This document shows positions 23,370 to 34,900 of a stretch of DNA of 38,158 nucleotides, in pieces (positions within the stretch are counted from its first letter, which is position 1; each line of letters starts with the position of its first letter). Under the pieces are notes generated by a model that was not told where the DNA came from, made no database searches, and saw only the letters and a program-made list of their open reading frames with translations. The stretch comes from Catajapyx aquilonaris (taxonomy: Eukaryota): NCBI GenBank assembly GCA_000934665.2, contig KZ538969.1, forward strand, positions 1 to 38,158, given 5' to 3'. The translations under genes were made by a program, and so were the position numbers.

Positions 23370-23880
23370 AGAGATTAATGGTATTTCTTGGAAGAATATT
23401 GCAAAATGATGTATTAGGGAATCCAGATCCACACCCCGAAGGTCCTCTTAGTATTCATGCAACATTTCAAGCCTACAGACTTTGTAGTCTTGGAATATGC
23501 TATGGCGCTGACACACATTGGCCCTGCGGCCGTAGAGTCATTCTGCTTCATTATAGAGATGAAAATGTTGTGAGTTAATGAGGCTGTCAGTTCTTACTGT
23601 GCATGGCAAAGAAAAGTTGAAAGTTACTTTCTTGTGCAAAATATATGAGAAATAAATGCGGTGGATATTAGATAATAGGACTAGGCTGTACCGCACTGTA
23701 AGGTTTTGTCAAGGCCTTTATTCAAATTCCATGTCACTGCAATGTGTTTTCAGGACATACAAAACCAATTTGACCATTTTGTGTCTGCATGGAACAGGTG
23801 CACATATCTACCTAGAATGTCTAGAAATGCATGTAGCCTAACTGAGAAATTATCATGGGTTGAGCGTATGGAAGTCCTTT
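23370..23880 (+). mobile_element. Decayed RTE-clade LINE RT C-terminal fragment, interrupted by ~85 bp
   Basis: FLGRILQND (YLGSxLxxD), YGADTHW (YGAExW), EMKML at 23556-23570, resuming as RWIL..TRLYR (LRW..GxTRLDR) at ~23659, then W....PRM. Confidence 0.6.
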
Positions 23881-24279
23881 GTATGTCTCTTTTTCAATAC
23901 TTCATAAATAATGCGGATCGCTCCTTGAACCTAAACAATTATCGACAGATACAAAGTAATATGCTGTAAATTTGTAACATCTTGCATATTGCAATTAGGC
24001 CCTATCTTCATATTACGACGATGAACAACCCATAATGTATTGGTAGGTTCTCCAATTATGCGTTGTAAACCTTATAGCGTATGAATGCCTCAAAATAGCA
24101 TTTACACTGTACAACTGTACACGTTCTGGTAGAAACTGAACAGGTAACTTGCCTCAAGTTGAATGAGAGGTACAGTACACTGTACCGAGCAAGAGAATAA
24201 GACTACGCCGCTAACCTGGAGGCACAATAACAGACTTCAGTAGTTTTTCTCTTCCTCAGTTTTGATCATACAAACAGCA

Positions 24280-24520
24280 CCATATGGCGATCACTCTAAC
24301 TCACCTGCACCCTGGAAAAGCAACAACAAAGTCCTACTACAAATATTATTAGTGTTACGTCCCACGACTATACTGTACAATGTTGTAGTTGTAGAATCTC
24401 ATCAACACCACCCACGCTTCCGTTCCCGAGCTAAAACAGGGTATATAGACCAGGAAAAGCTAGATACAGTCCTTGGACTTTATACGTGCAGACCAACGGC
24501 CTTGAAAACTGTTGATAATG
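24280..24520 (+). mobile_element. Decayed Jockey/I-group RT C-terminal fragment
   Basis: NNKVLLQILLVLRPTTILYNVVV (NKLLLYK..IRPxLxY), QEKLDTVLGLYTCRPTAL (QNKxLRxxxG...P..L). Confidence 0.4.
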
Positions 24521-25375
24521 AATAATTAGTACACTACTGGCTAAGAACTGTGACAAACTTGAATGACGAACTGCAAACTTTGCCTTCATTAGTGAGCCCG
24601 AGATTCAGGGCCATTGGTCCGGTTTCCAAGCCTGGCGGTCGTTGATGGATGACCCCTCTGGATGACCCCTTATGAATAATATATTTCCAGGCGAACCTGA
24701 CCTCATAACGGCTTTATTTAGCAGGAATTCCCAGAAGAGCTGACGACACCTGGCCACACACGGAACCCCCCACGTTTTCAACGTCAGTGTGGTCAGGAGC
24801 GAAAATAAGATGGCCGCACGCTGGCCACGTGCGGTCGGCCGCAGGAAAATGTGCAGGAAGGATTTGAGGTTCCAGGGCAGCCAATCCCTTAATGGCGTAG
24901 GGGGATAGGACTGGGGGAAGCCGAGGCATGTGCAGCCACGACGCCCCAAATAATCGCTTTTGTGGAGGGTTAGAGGGAGAACAGACTAGTAGATGCAGGC
25001 GCCCGGAACAACCGGTACCGGGATAAAGGAAAAGGTGACGTTAGAAATTCGCGGAGCAAACTCGACAACTCTCGGGCTCATTACGACGCTTGCCAGTTGT
25101 TGCTGGAGGTCCTAATTTAGTCGTACATCATTGCCAGGTATTGTGTCGGCCATCTGGATGGAAAACGGGCGTGGTGACATGGCGTGACTTTTGGAGGGCA
25201 AGGGGGTAGGGTGTGTTTGGGTTGGGAGGGGGCGCAGCGTGCCTAGCTTTTGATAAACGCTTGTAGGAGTAACGAATGGGGAACAAAGGAGGTGGTCAAT
25301 AAATAGTTTCACTTTTTGTGTGCATCAAACTTAGGTCAACCTGAGTTAGTACTAAAGATGAGCCAGCCCCCTTTG

Positions 25376-25650
25376 TGGATTGAATACTAACAGAGGTTCT
25401 GCTTGTGTAAATGTAGAGTGACCGCTTTCCAACTAAGCCAGTTGGGTCGTGAGCAAACACGCCAATATGAAAATAAATAGCTGCTATTTTAGTAGACTAG
25501 TAGCCTACTTCTTCAATCGGACTGTAATTATTTTGCTAATATTGAGACTGAATCACGTGACATAGCGCTTGGACTACCCACAAAAGTGGTCAGAAAGTGG
25601 CATCCTGCGACATTTGGACGTCAAACCTTCTCCGTTAGTATTCAATTCGT
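25376..25650. mobile_element. Old MITE (~270 bp) with degenerate ~55-bp TIRs
   Basis: ATTGAATACTAAC (25379-25391) is perfectly inverted at 25634-25646. Similarity continues inward (..GAG..GTT..AAATGT..CTTTC). Confidence 0.65.
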
Positions 25651-26429
25651 CTAACCCTTTTGTGATTTTCGGGGCTTGACATATGAGGAGTCAGCCAGCC
25701 AGCGTCAGGGGCGTTGCCAGATGGTAAACGCCAGTACTAAAGGAGGGCCGTCTCCCCTTATGATTTCCTGGGGTTGGTCGGAGGTGGTGGTCGCAATATC
25801 ACCGGAATGGAGCAAAAGTGTCACGCTCGGTTTGGAAGAATGCCCGTTTGCAAAATGGAGGGGAAGGGAGAGGGAGAGAGGGGAGAAAGGGGGCAGTTGG
25901 CGATAAGTGTTTGGCCCTTGCTGTGTGGGCCCGATATATGAACCTGATCGTCAATCACCTTCCGAATGGATGCCCTCGGGAAAAATTCTCTTTATATCAG
26001 AGGGTTGACATAGCGTTATTGCTACGCTTGTACATTGTTCCAGCTCCTTCACGGTCACTGCAAAATTAGTCGTGCGGTGCGAAAGCCCGCGCACCGTACC
26101 CTCTCCAATAAATCATGCTGCCCTACATTGCATCACTAATTGAAAATTTAATGAGTGCTACCTACGCATAGAGACTGGAGCTGCACGGGAGGAATGGGGG
26201 CCGCGGAAAAGAGAATCATTACACATGGGAGAGCAGTGCGCTTCAACACGGACGTATAATGCACTAAGCAATGATTTGTTACGGAGATTGATGCAATTGC
26301 ATGACGTTCTGAACACTTGCGTGCTTTCATTCTGAGTATCGCGTATTTTTTTCGCTTTCATTTTGTCCACTATGGACTCCCAGCATTTAATAGTATTTTT
26401 TTCGGTCTTGGGGTCATCAGCAAGGAAAT

Positions 26430-26640
26430 AATTAAACCTCTCGTCAGACTACCAGCTAAAATAGACCTATATATGCACATTGGGGGAAAAAATCGACATC
26501 GCCTATTGTCGTGGTTAGAAAAGTATTGCAATAGTTGATCCTGTAGTTACTGGATGAGGAAATATCTGGGCTTTTGTTGGGTTAACCTTAAAAATGCAAC
26601 GGAGTAAAATTTTACACCGTTTCGGTCTAAAGAGTGTTGT
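26430..26640 (-). mobile_element. Decayed Jockey-like RT fragment
   Basis: CIFKVNPTKAQIF (WRIKVNPxKxQ) followed by AYIG/ILAGSLT (KYLGVxLDxxLT). Confidence 0.4.
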
Positions 26641-28289
26641 GGAAATTTCGGGTCGAAAAAGTTTCTTGCAATGCAATTCAATTTCTGATGCCATCATAAT
26701 TATCAGACTTTCATTCAAGTGAATAGTGGCGTGAAAATAATACGACTCTCCCTACAAAACTCAAGGACGTGTTCTTGACTAATCCCTAAAAACTTGAAGT
26801 GAAATAACTATAGCACCGAGTCAGGGCGAGATCAAAATCATATTTGATTTTAATGATAATTACGATTGATTGAATTTAAAATATTTTCTTGTACTAACAT
26901 TCTGATAAAGACAGGTTGCCGTACATCTCCGTCCATAAAAAAATAGCTACCGTCATTATTTACCCCCTACCGGCTACTACAGCAAAGTATATAAAATAAT
27001 GCAATGGACATTCGCATTTCAGGGTCAGGCTAAAGGACAAGCAAAATGTAGGTCACGGCACCTGTCCTGCAATGGACTTCTAATCCTAGGATAAAAAACA
27101 AACTTCTTAGTTCTTTGTTAGGATTGTTCCTGTCCTCATAAAAATTCCCTTTTCGGCATGAAATAATAATTCCTTGCAGTGGAATATAAAGCGGGGCTAA
27201 TAACTTTTTAACAAATTGCAGTTAATTACCACCACACTTAATGGGGAGCATAGAACTTTATTAATTCTTTATTATCATACACCATAGTCAATAAATAAGT
27301 AAATAAATAGGGCAAGTTTAACGATAACACACAGTTACTGATGAAGTAGGCCTATACTAGTAATGTAATTCATTGAAACGGCGTACTTGTGGATGTAGGT
27401 TAACCTGTACTGCGCGCGTGCTTATCAAGTTCACTCTCTATCACTGACTTCATTTATTTTTCAGATGACCAGGAAAGTTCTAGATTACTAGAGTAAGCAG
27501 TCGAATTCTTCCGAGGTCAGCGTAATAGACTTGTTTGTTCAATATGACACGAAGTACCTATTACTCAGTTTTCGATGTCTCTTTCATACACTGGCGCCAC
27601 CTCGACGAAATTGAACGATCATCACTAAGTCTTTTCAATATGAATCGCTTTTTTCAATGCGTTTATGAAAGGGGTAAGAGAAAAGTAACAACTTGTTTTT
27701 GTCATCTAAATCACAGGAAGGGCGTGAACTACAATACATCTTGAAGACGTGAGGCTAAGTGTGCCGCTGTCAGAATAATAACTTACTATAGTATAATATA
27801 TGAAGAGGAGAGAAACAATTAACCGTCTCATTGTTAATAACTATCCGTACCCATGGAAACCCTTGTGTCTAGGCTGCGTTGCTCAGGTGCGTCGTGTACT
27901 GAATTGTCCGAGCATGTCCGATTATGTTTGGTCGGTTTCGGACTCCGCATTGCCACCGCATGTAACTTCCCATCGATACTGATGGCAAATTAATTAATTA
28001 TACAGCATCGTTGGAGTACAGCCTGATAGGGAGCATGACAGCTTTTATAGTGGCTTCAAAGTGGTTGGTTGACGCATTTAACCGAGAATACCTGCAGTAA
28101 TGAGTGGTGGAGGTGGGGAAGGGTTAGGACAATTTTATTCCTCCAGCATGATGACATGTGAAAAAAGCAGGATTGAAGGACAGAATCGGGACAGGTAGCC
28201 CAATTCCTGTGAGGTAACAAGAGGATACTGCAAAAAATGAATTATATATATATGAGTAACTTATACAAATAATATAGGCTACATAAATG

Positions 28290-28610
28290 TCCTTCCATTG
28301 ATGTATACCCCCTAATCCCTTATGTATATAATAGTACTGACGTCACAAGCATGTTAGTTCCGTTGTTGATATTGCTGGCAGTCGTTGTTGTCCCCATTGT
28401 GATCTATTTTCGTCCTGCTGCTAAGTATCTGCTAACAGCCTGCTTCCATGGTCACGAGTTGTATACATAATTAGGACCACCGCAGTAGGACTAAAAACAG
28501 TCCCATCACTATCACAGTAATATTATATCTCAAGTCTGATATCAATCATCAAATCACGATATATCATACTCATAATGCGAGACCCAATAAATTCCCCTTC
28601 GCTTTGATGC
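28290..28610 (-). mobile_element. Decayed CR1-like RT core fragment
   Basis: EGEFIGSRIMSMIYRDL...YYCDS (QGSxLGP.LF...NDL...YADD), later IRD*GVYIN (RDLGVxxD). Confidence 0.45.
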
Positions 28611-28999
28611 AGTGGAATCATAATTCACAGCCAAGGGGAGCTTAGCTCATTTTAGTTTAGGTGGAGGTATATACTGTACCTGTTTGATGAGCTTATTGCG
28701 TCACTCACTGTCTGTGTCTAGCAGGTTGCAAGATTTTTTTTAAAAAAAATATTTATATATGTTACCCCGTTTTTGGGGCAGTGACCCTTTAGGGGGACAG
28801 CTCTGGGTACAATAACGGGGATGGAAAAATAAATTTTTACAGGTCGCAAGAAAATATACATTAGGAATAAAATTACTAGTACTGTACAGAATCTGTTTTA
28901 AACTGCGACATTATTATTAATTTCTTATACTCTATAAACTGCCCATTCATGTGGCTATAAATGCTATGCATATTAGTCATCCGCCACTGTATTGGTTAT

Positions 29000-29600
29000 A
29001 CAATTTTTTGGTCACTATGTAGCAAGAAAGTACAAATTATCCAGTGGCGTCCCTCGAAAAGATGGAAAAGCATTTGCACACATTTTCATACAAAAGTCTA
29101 TACATTGTAGTCTATATTACACTACTGCATCAGAAGACCAGCACGAAGAATGTATAGTACCTGTCGAACAGAACCATATTGTTCTGTATTCATCCAACGT
29201 TCTAAAGGAAAAGTGCTCATAAAATTGACATAATCTGCAGGGTGTATATCTCTTTTTTACTTTTTACAAAATCAGCCCCTCCTTTTCTAGAATATGTCCA
29301 AAGAGGTCCGAAATGGCAGTATTCAATCACTGATACGTGTTTATTGCGTAGAAACACAGCTGCAATCGTGCAGCGTAGCCAATATTGCCCCCCAAGATGG
29401 GCGGTAATTTTTGATGCCAGAGAATACTTTATGGACACGCACCAGGGGTAATAACACTTCTGGACATTTTCCTCGTTTTGATTACGCCGCGTTTTCTTGG
29501 AAGTATCGATCACACCAGCAAAGTCGTAGAATACATGCCGAAGAAGAGGCTCGAATCTATATTTTGGCACCCGGAGATTTCCCACAGCCTCTGCACTAAT
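29000..29600 (+). mobile_element. Decayed CR1-like RT fragment
   Basis: LSSGVPR..FAHIFIQ (SGVPQG..LF.IFIN), KEKCS (NxxKC), AVIFDAREYF..H (GVIFDxKLxF..H), PRFDYAAFSW (PxLEYAxxVW), all collinear. Confidence 0.6.
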
Positions 29601-31513
29601 ACCTTGATGCCAATGCTGATCATTTAAGTCGAGTTATTCCACTCGGATTTCCTTAATCTCCTTTCTGGCTGTCTCCTGCTCCCCTACCTCCCTACCCCCT
29701 CCAGCCCCCTCCGTTTTTTTTCCTGTGGCCATCAGGTTCCGGAACTAATTTATCCAAACGGTTCAACCGCAAGCCCCACTTGTTTGTCTAAACGCAATTG
29801 GCATTCACACCACGCATTACCAACGTGGGATTAAGCCAGTGATTATTTTCTTAGTGTCTCTTGATGTCCTGCCAACAGTTGGGGCAGGCCAATGGGTTAC
29901 GAATTAATTAAGCGAGCCATGTTTCCGGACGGAATCCTCTGGTTATCCGGGACAAAGTTTTTGGTGCCAGGTCACATTTGAGGTTCCGTGACGTAGCCCA
30001 TAGAGACTTAGTCGTGCACATAAAAGTTAGCACGTAAAGCCGGTTCGACGGGCATGTCATGTCTCCGGACTCTTCCTTGTCACACCAAAGTGAGGCCATT
30101 TGGACACACGCTTGGGAAAGAAAGGGAAAAAAAAGGACCTGGTACAGCATTAACTTCCACGTCCGCAGTTGTCTTGCAAGTGGCCGCTGAATTATGCATG
30201 ACGATTCTGGTGTGAGCCAGAAATTCGGGAATTAGGGCACGAGGAGTAAATATTTTCCCGGGCCATGTCTTGCTCGACCTATCTTTCAAATCTAAACGAG
30301 CGCCCGCATTAGTTTGCCGTAGCGGGGCGACTGTAGCTAATTTTGTATCCGATAAATGGTGCAAGTCGTAGGACTTTGCAACCGAACAATGGGTAGAGGG
30401 CAAATTCGTGGGCCTACGGAATACTGGGGGGGGGGGGGTACTTTACGAGCAGAAGGTCATGCAAACAAGTGGGGGTCTTATCACGACCACTGGTTATGCT
30501 CAAAACGATCAACATTTAATAAATGCATCCTGCTTGCTGCCGCTTGGGTGTGGGCAAGCCAAAGCAGCGATTATATCAAAATGCTGGTTCGTAATAGAGA
30601 ATCAATAGCGCAATTATTGCCCTACCCTACCTTGCAGGCCCTGCACACTTACAGCAGTGGGTGGCAGTTGAGGGGGCTGGTAACTCATGGAATTGCTCAT
30701 CATCCAATTAGTGCACCTACCTGGCTTCGTGTAAGGAAACTTGTTTCAACAAACGGTGCCAATGTTAGTATTCCATTAGAGTGCTGCCAGGAGCCAAAGA
30801 GGAAGCGCCACAAAATCATCTTCCGGCCCACCGATGGAAAACCACGTCTACTTACACGTCGTTATGTGTGTACAGTCAGAGAGAGCGGAGGGTTACATAA
30901 TTTACGGGGATGCTAGTAATGGCAAGGCCCTTCTGCGTGACGGTAATTATACAAGTTTGAGGCACAGGAGGCCAGGGACATAAATAGAAGGCACACGAGG
31001 GTGGGTCAGATACAGAGGTCGCGGATTCCCCGTAATGGAGACTCTGTGTAACCTGCAGGGGAAAGACAACTTATGACACATGATAGCCAAATGGCTGCAC
31101 TTCACTTGTAAGCCCCGCCCTGTGTTCACTACATAGAGTTGTGCCGTTTTGTAACTTTACGGAGCACGCTGGGGGGATGGTGGGAATGAATAAAATTACA
31201 CCCGGCTGCCTCTGGAGAAAATCTATTAGGATCCAGACACCAAGAATCAGAATTTGTGATTACGCCAATGAAAAGTCAGCGATTTCAGACGCCTCTCAGG
31301 ATTTGTGGGCTGAGTAGCTGATAATCTCCGACTGACTTGTGAGCACTCCCATAAAATGCGGAGCAGACTCATGTTGAATCTTTTACTGCTCCGGCCTATG
31401 ACAAGCCCAAGTAATTGTGCCCAAAACGACCAGATCCTTTTAAAACCTCGTAAAATACAATAAAAATGTAACACTTTGAATATACACTCTTATTAATAAC
31501 TAGCGGTATAGTA

Positions 31514-31626
31514 CGGTACCAGACCTGAATCAGATTTATCCTGAACGATAGGCCATGCGCCTGGCCTCGACCAGGTGGTACGGGTGGCTTACCTTTCAGG
31601 ATAAACTCGATTCAGTTCTGGCACCC
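31514..31626. mobile_element. 113-bp fold-back mini-MITE with TA flanks
   Basis: GGTACCAGACCTGAATCAGATTTATCCTGAACGATAGGCCA versus reverse complement of the right arm GGTGCCAGAACTGAATCGAGTTTATCCTGAAAGGTAAGCCA (41 nt, about 8 differences). TA at 31512-13 and 31627-28. Confidence 0.75.
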
Positions 31627-32729
31627 TAATTGTACTGGCGACTGTACAGTGTACAGTGTACCCTATCTGCCAGCCCTTTGCAAGAAAGACCGTAACTCAG
31701 AGACACAAATGTCGTTCGTTGCTGGCGAGTGCGTCGAATTGCAGCAACCTCTGGCTCCTAATTAGCGCATAGCTGGCTGGTGGGAGAGAGAATTAGTTGT
31801 CCAGCCTGCAAAGTGCCTTCCTCATCTTCCCGCTAGGGGATCCTTATTAAGGCCCTGCGATCCCAGCATTCCTTTCCTTCAGAATCACGCCCCAGCTTCC
31901 TCTTGCCTGTCACTGCATCCAGTCCAAGAACTTGGGAAGCGCTTTTCCTCGGCGGAACAGACAGTGATTGATCAGCTTATCCCACGGCCACTTGCGGCTC
32001 AAACACTCTTCGCTATTGTGACCTTTTCTCAAGAGTGTTTTAAGAGACACTAAAATATTTAAGAGCCGCATTTTAAGCTCCTAGAGGCACGTTATGGCTT
32101 TCATTCATTCCACGCCCGGAATTTATGTGTATACAGAGTGCTTATCTCCAATCGACTTAATGGCTAGCTCCCAAAAAAGTTTTGCAATTTCTTTTATTGC
32201 GACTCATTTATCTCCTCTTTAACTTCCGCGTGCCAACAGGTAGATTGGGGTGATATTTTAGATTTGCGGGATTTGTATAGTTGCATGGGGTGCAGCCATA
32301 TTTGCAATCTTTATCGTGTTTGCTTATCGCAACCTGTGCTCCTTTTGAATTGTATAGCTGTGAGAAACAACTGCACCCTCCTACATATATATTCCGGAAG
32401 TTTTCAGTTTTAGCGTCAGTCCGCGAATGTAATGCCAAACTTCGGCAACTGCACGCTCACAACTCTACATGGACTCTTTTTTTTTCAAGCGGCGCCAGAA
32501 ATAATTCGATATGTCGAACTTTTACGCCGCAGTTAAGCATAAATCTTGAACATAAACAAGGTGGTCCGGGCTCAACACCCCTCCCGCATAATGAGCCGAA
32601 AGGACCTGCCCCCACAATTAAGGGACTATGCCTGACGTTAATATTGTCGGTATAAATTGTGCTAAATTATGTTCCAAGGAAAAGAAATATTAACTCTAGC
32701 CCGGGAGCTGCCTTTGGTAGATATTGCAG

Positions 32730-32950
32730 CCAGAAAGTGTTCAATTTTACGCAGTATTACACCCGCTAACAAGACGTTCAACAGTCATTTTTCAATTGTT
32801 ATTATGATGTTAAATCAAGGAGTCGACACTTTCACTTACATCCTAACAAGAATACAATTTTATAATAAAAGACGCCAATATTTGACTATGCACCGACCCT
32901 GATCATCCTCATTACAAACAAGCACAGTCTACATTTCTCAAATTTGCACG
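32730..32950 (+). mobile_element. Decayed CR1-like RT C-terminal fragment
   Basis: NKTFNSHFSIV (LTFxxH), TRIQFYN../PIFDYAP (LY...RPxLDYA), QAQSTFLKFA (VQxxFLRF). Confidence 0.5.
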
Positions 32951-33480
32951 ATCAACCTTAATTTTGGAGGTTCATTTATTTAGCAATGTAGCGATCATTA
33001 ATCTACTCTAAAATCGGTTGAACCGCCACTTTCAAGTAAAATGCTGACCTCTCGAATACCTTCAAAACTGTAGTCCCCGTGCACAAACTAAATCGCAATA
33101 ATTTTTCCAGGAATTTCACGAACGAAATAACACGTTTCAAACCCCCCTCAAAATATTTCAAAACCTCAATGTAAATTTTTTTAAACTCCTCGTTTGAACG
33201 TGCTATCCCCCCAAAAAAGTTACACGCACTTTTGCATGTACCCCGGGATAAACAAGTGTCCGGAACTCTCGTCCCCAATAGCCGGCTTCGTGAATGGCAG
33301 TCAAGTGGCATGAAGTGCACCATTTCAAAGTTGAATGAAATATGAACTATTTCCCAGCCTATCCTCCCTGGAACGATCATCTTTTTTTTAAAAAAAAAAC
33401 GAATGTAAACAATAGTCCCAGTAGCGGAATAACATATTGAGCACAAAATCACCCTGTAGAAGCTAAATGAAGAAGCTTAC

Positions 33481-33547
33481 CTTTCCAGTGTAGGAGGAAG
33501 AGCCCCAGCAAAAGGAGAAGAGAGGCGCAGCTCATCGCCTTGGCCAT
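33481..33547 (-). CDS. beat: First coding exon (signal peptide) of the Beat-family gene
   Basis: ATG at 33547 with an in-frame TAA three codons upstream. Encodes MAKAMSCASLLLLLGLFLLHWK+G, ending in a strong donor AAG|gtaagc (phase 1). G+GA joins the 10090 exon in frame (...HWK-G-VVC-LKL...), giving a normal signal peptide. Too short for the ORF track. Confidence 0.85.
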
Positions 33548-33737
33548 GCCTGATTACAGGCCTTCATTGACGCCTAGCCGGCAGTAAACAAGCGGTCCCC
33601 ATTCACTTCTGCGCCGCTCAGCCCCTGCGGATGACGACCAGTCTCAAGCCTTGCTAATTGAGATCCAAAGTGTAATTAGGGAATCGGCTGCTTCTCAGAT
33701 GAGTGGGCCGATATGGCTGCTTCCGTGGTGCCGCCAG
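33548..33737 (-). other. Probable 5' UTR part of the signal-peptide exon
   Basis: Best nearby acceptor is tcccatttcttag| at 33738/33737. A weaker alternative lies near 33841, so the boundary is uncertain. Confidence 0.4.
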
Positions 33738-34044
33738 CTAAGAAATGGGATGCCAAAAAGTACTGGGCTTTTGTTTCAAGTGATGCTCAAGTGAGGCGGC
33801 TCCAGTGAGTCATTGTGGTCAATTGGCCAACAAGCACTTCCTGTTGCCACTTGTTTAAAAAAAGGGGGACTTTAAGACGCTACTTGGCTAGTTGTGGCTA
33901 AATTAATGACTACTTAAGAAGTTAGATGAGTGTTTCGCAAATTAATTAAGGATATTGCATTCTGGTGAATCCCATTAATTTGGCAATCTCTTTGGTATGT
34001 ACAAGCTGGAGCAACGGTAGCAGCCCGTTTCTGAATGACCTTAC

Positions 34045-34226
34045 CTGAATCTTTATCTCCGCTTACAACAGGATTAAGTTCAGTCCATTAGCAAGTCCAA
34101 ATCACCAAGCAACACAGAAACCAAACACAAGTGCAACACCCACTGGATCACTTCATCCAAAAGTTAGTCTCTGGCCCGGAGGTGTATCCGTAGCCGACTG
34201 GGCTTGTTTCCCGCCCCGGACTCACT
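34045..34226 (-). other. Putative non-coding first exon of the Beat-family gene
   Basis: Strong donor CAG|gtaagg at 34045/34044. The 5' end is inferred from Inr-like CCAGTG (A at 34226) and a DPE match. Confidence 0.4.
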
Positions 34227-34310
34227 GGGATCCCCGAAAGACCGTAGAGTAGGGTAGGGTGGGTGAGTGGGGGAAGGGTGGGATCAGGGGTGGTGGGGGG
34301 AGTTAGGGGA
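34195..34310 (-). promoter_or_regulatory. Candidate TATA-less core promoter (Inr-like + DPE) with an upstream C-rich tract (G-rich on + strand)
   Basis: Taking A34226 as +1, AGTCG (RGWYV) sits at +28..+32 with G at +24. A GGGGCGGG box lies between them. Many G3-G6 runs on the + strand at 34252-34309. Confidence 0.3.
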
Positions 34311-34649
34311 GTCCTATACCTGGTTGTGGACGAAGCTAGGACCTCCTCCCCGCCCATCAACCTCGGCTCTTCCGACTACGCCGCCACCTCGTTCTTTTCA
34401 CGCACGCGCAACCTATTGTGCTTATGCATCTATGGTAAGGTTTTGGGGAGAGGGGTTGTAGTGAGGGGGACTCGACCGGTCTGTTCCTTCTTTGCCTCCG
34501 GCATAGAGCAGCATTACACCGCAGTATTTGCGTCTGTTTCAATGGTGGCAGGACCGTATATTACTGGATGAAAAATAACTAGAGTGTATGGTTTATTATC
34601 TTCAATCTATGACACTTAACATTGAACTAACTGGAAGCAATGTACAGTA

Positions 34650-34900
34650 ACTAGTTGATGTTTTGGATCATAATGTGCTGTCCTTATTCAGAGTTATTCG
34701 TTGGCAGTGACTCTACGGTTACGTGTATCTAGTTTGTCACAAAATATTGGGAATGCTGGGTGTCATAAAAAGGTAATTTCTAAAGTGAAGTGTTGACGAC
34801 CACAATGCAATATTGTGATCATCGCTTGCAGCTGGTGACAGATTTTTTTTTGCTATAAATTTTACGATTTTATTTTTTAAATTAGCATATTTTGATACGA
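34650..34900 (+). mobile_element. Decayed CR1-like RT C-terminal fragment
   Basis: YVYLVCHKILGMLGVIKR (HxxxxxxKAxxMLGFIKR), RPQ/MQYC (RPxLEYC), ILFFKL. Confidence 0.5.

Noticed and set aside
27540..27700. FDVSFIHWRHLDEI, resembling a LINE RT C-terminal motif
   Set aside because: A single weak motif with no collinear support.
30356..30916. 186-aa ORF
   Set aside because: Contains a G12 run and no domain signature; probably a chance ORF in intronic sequence.
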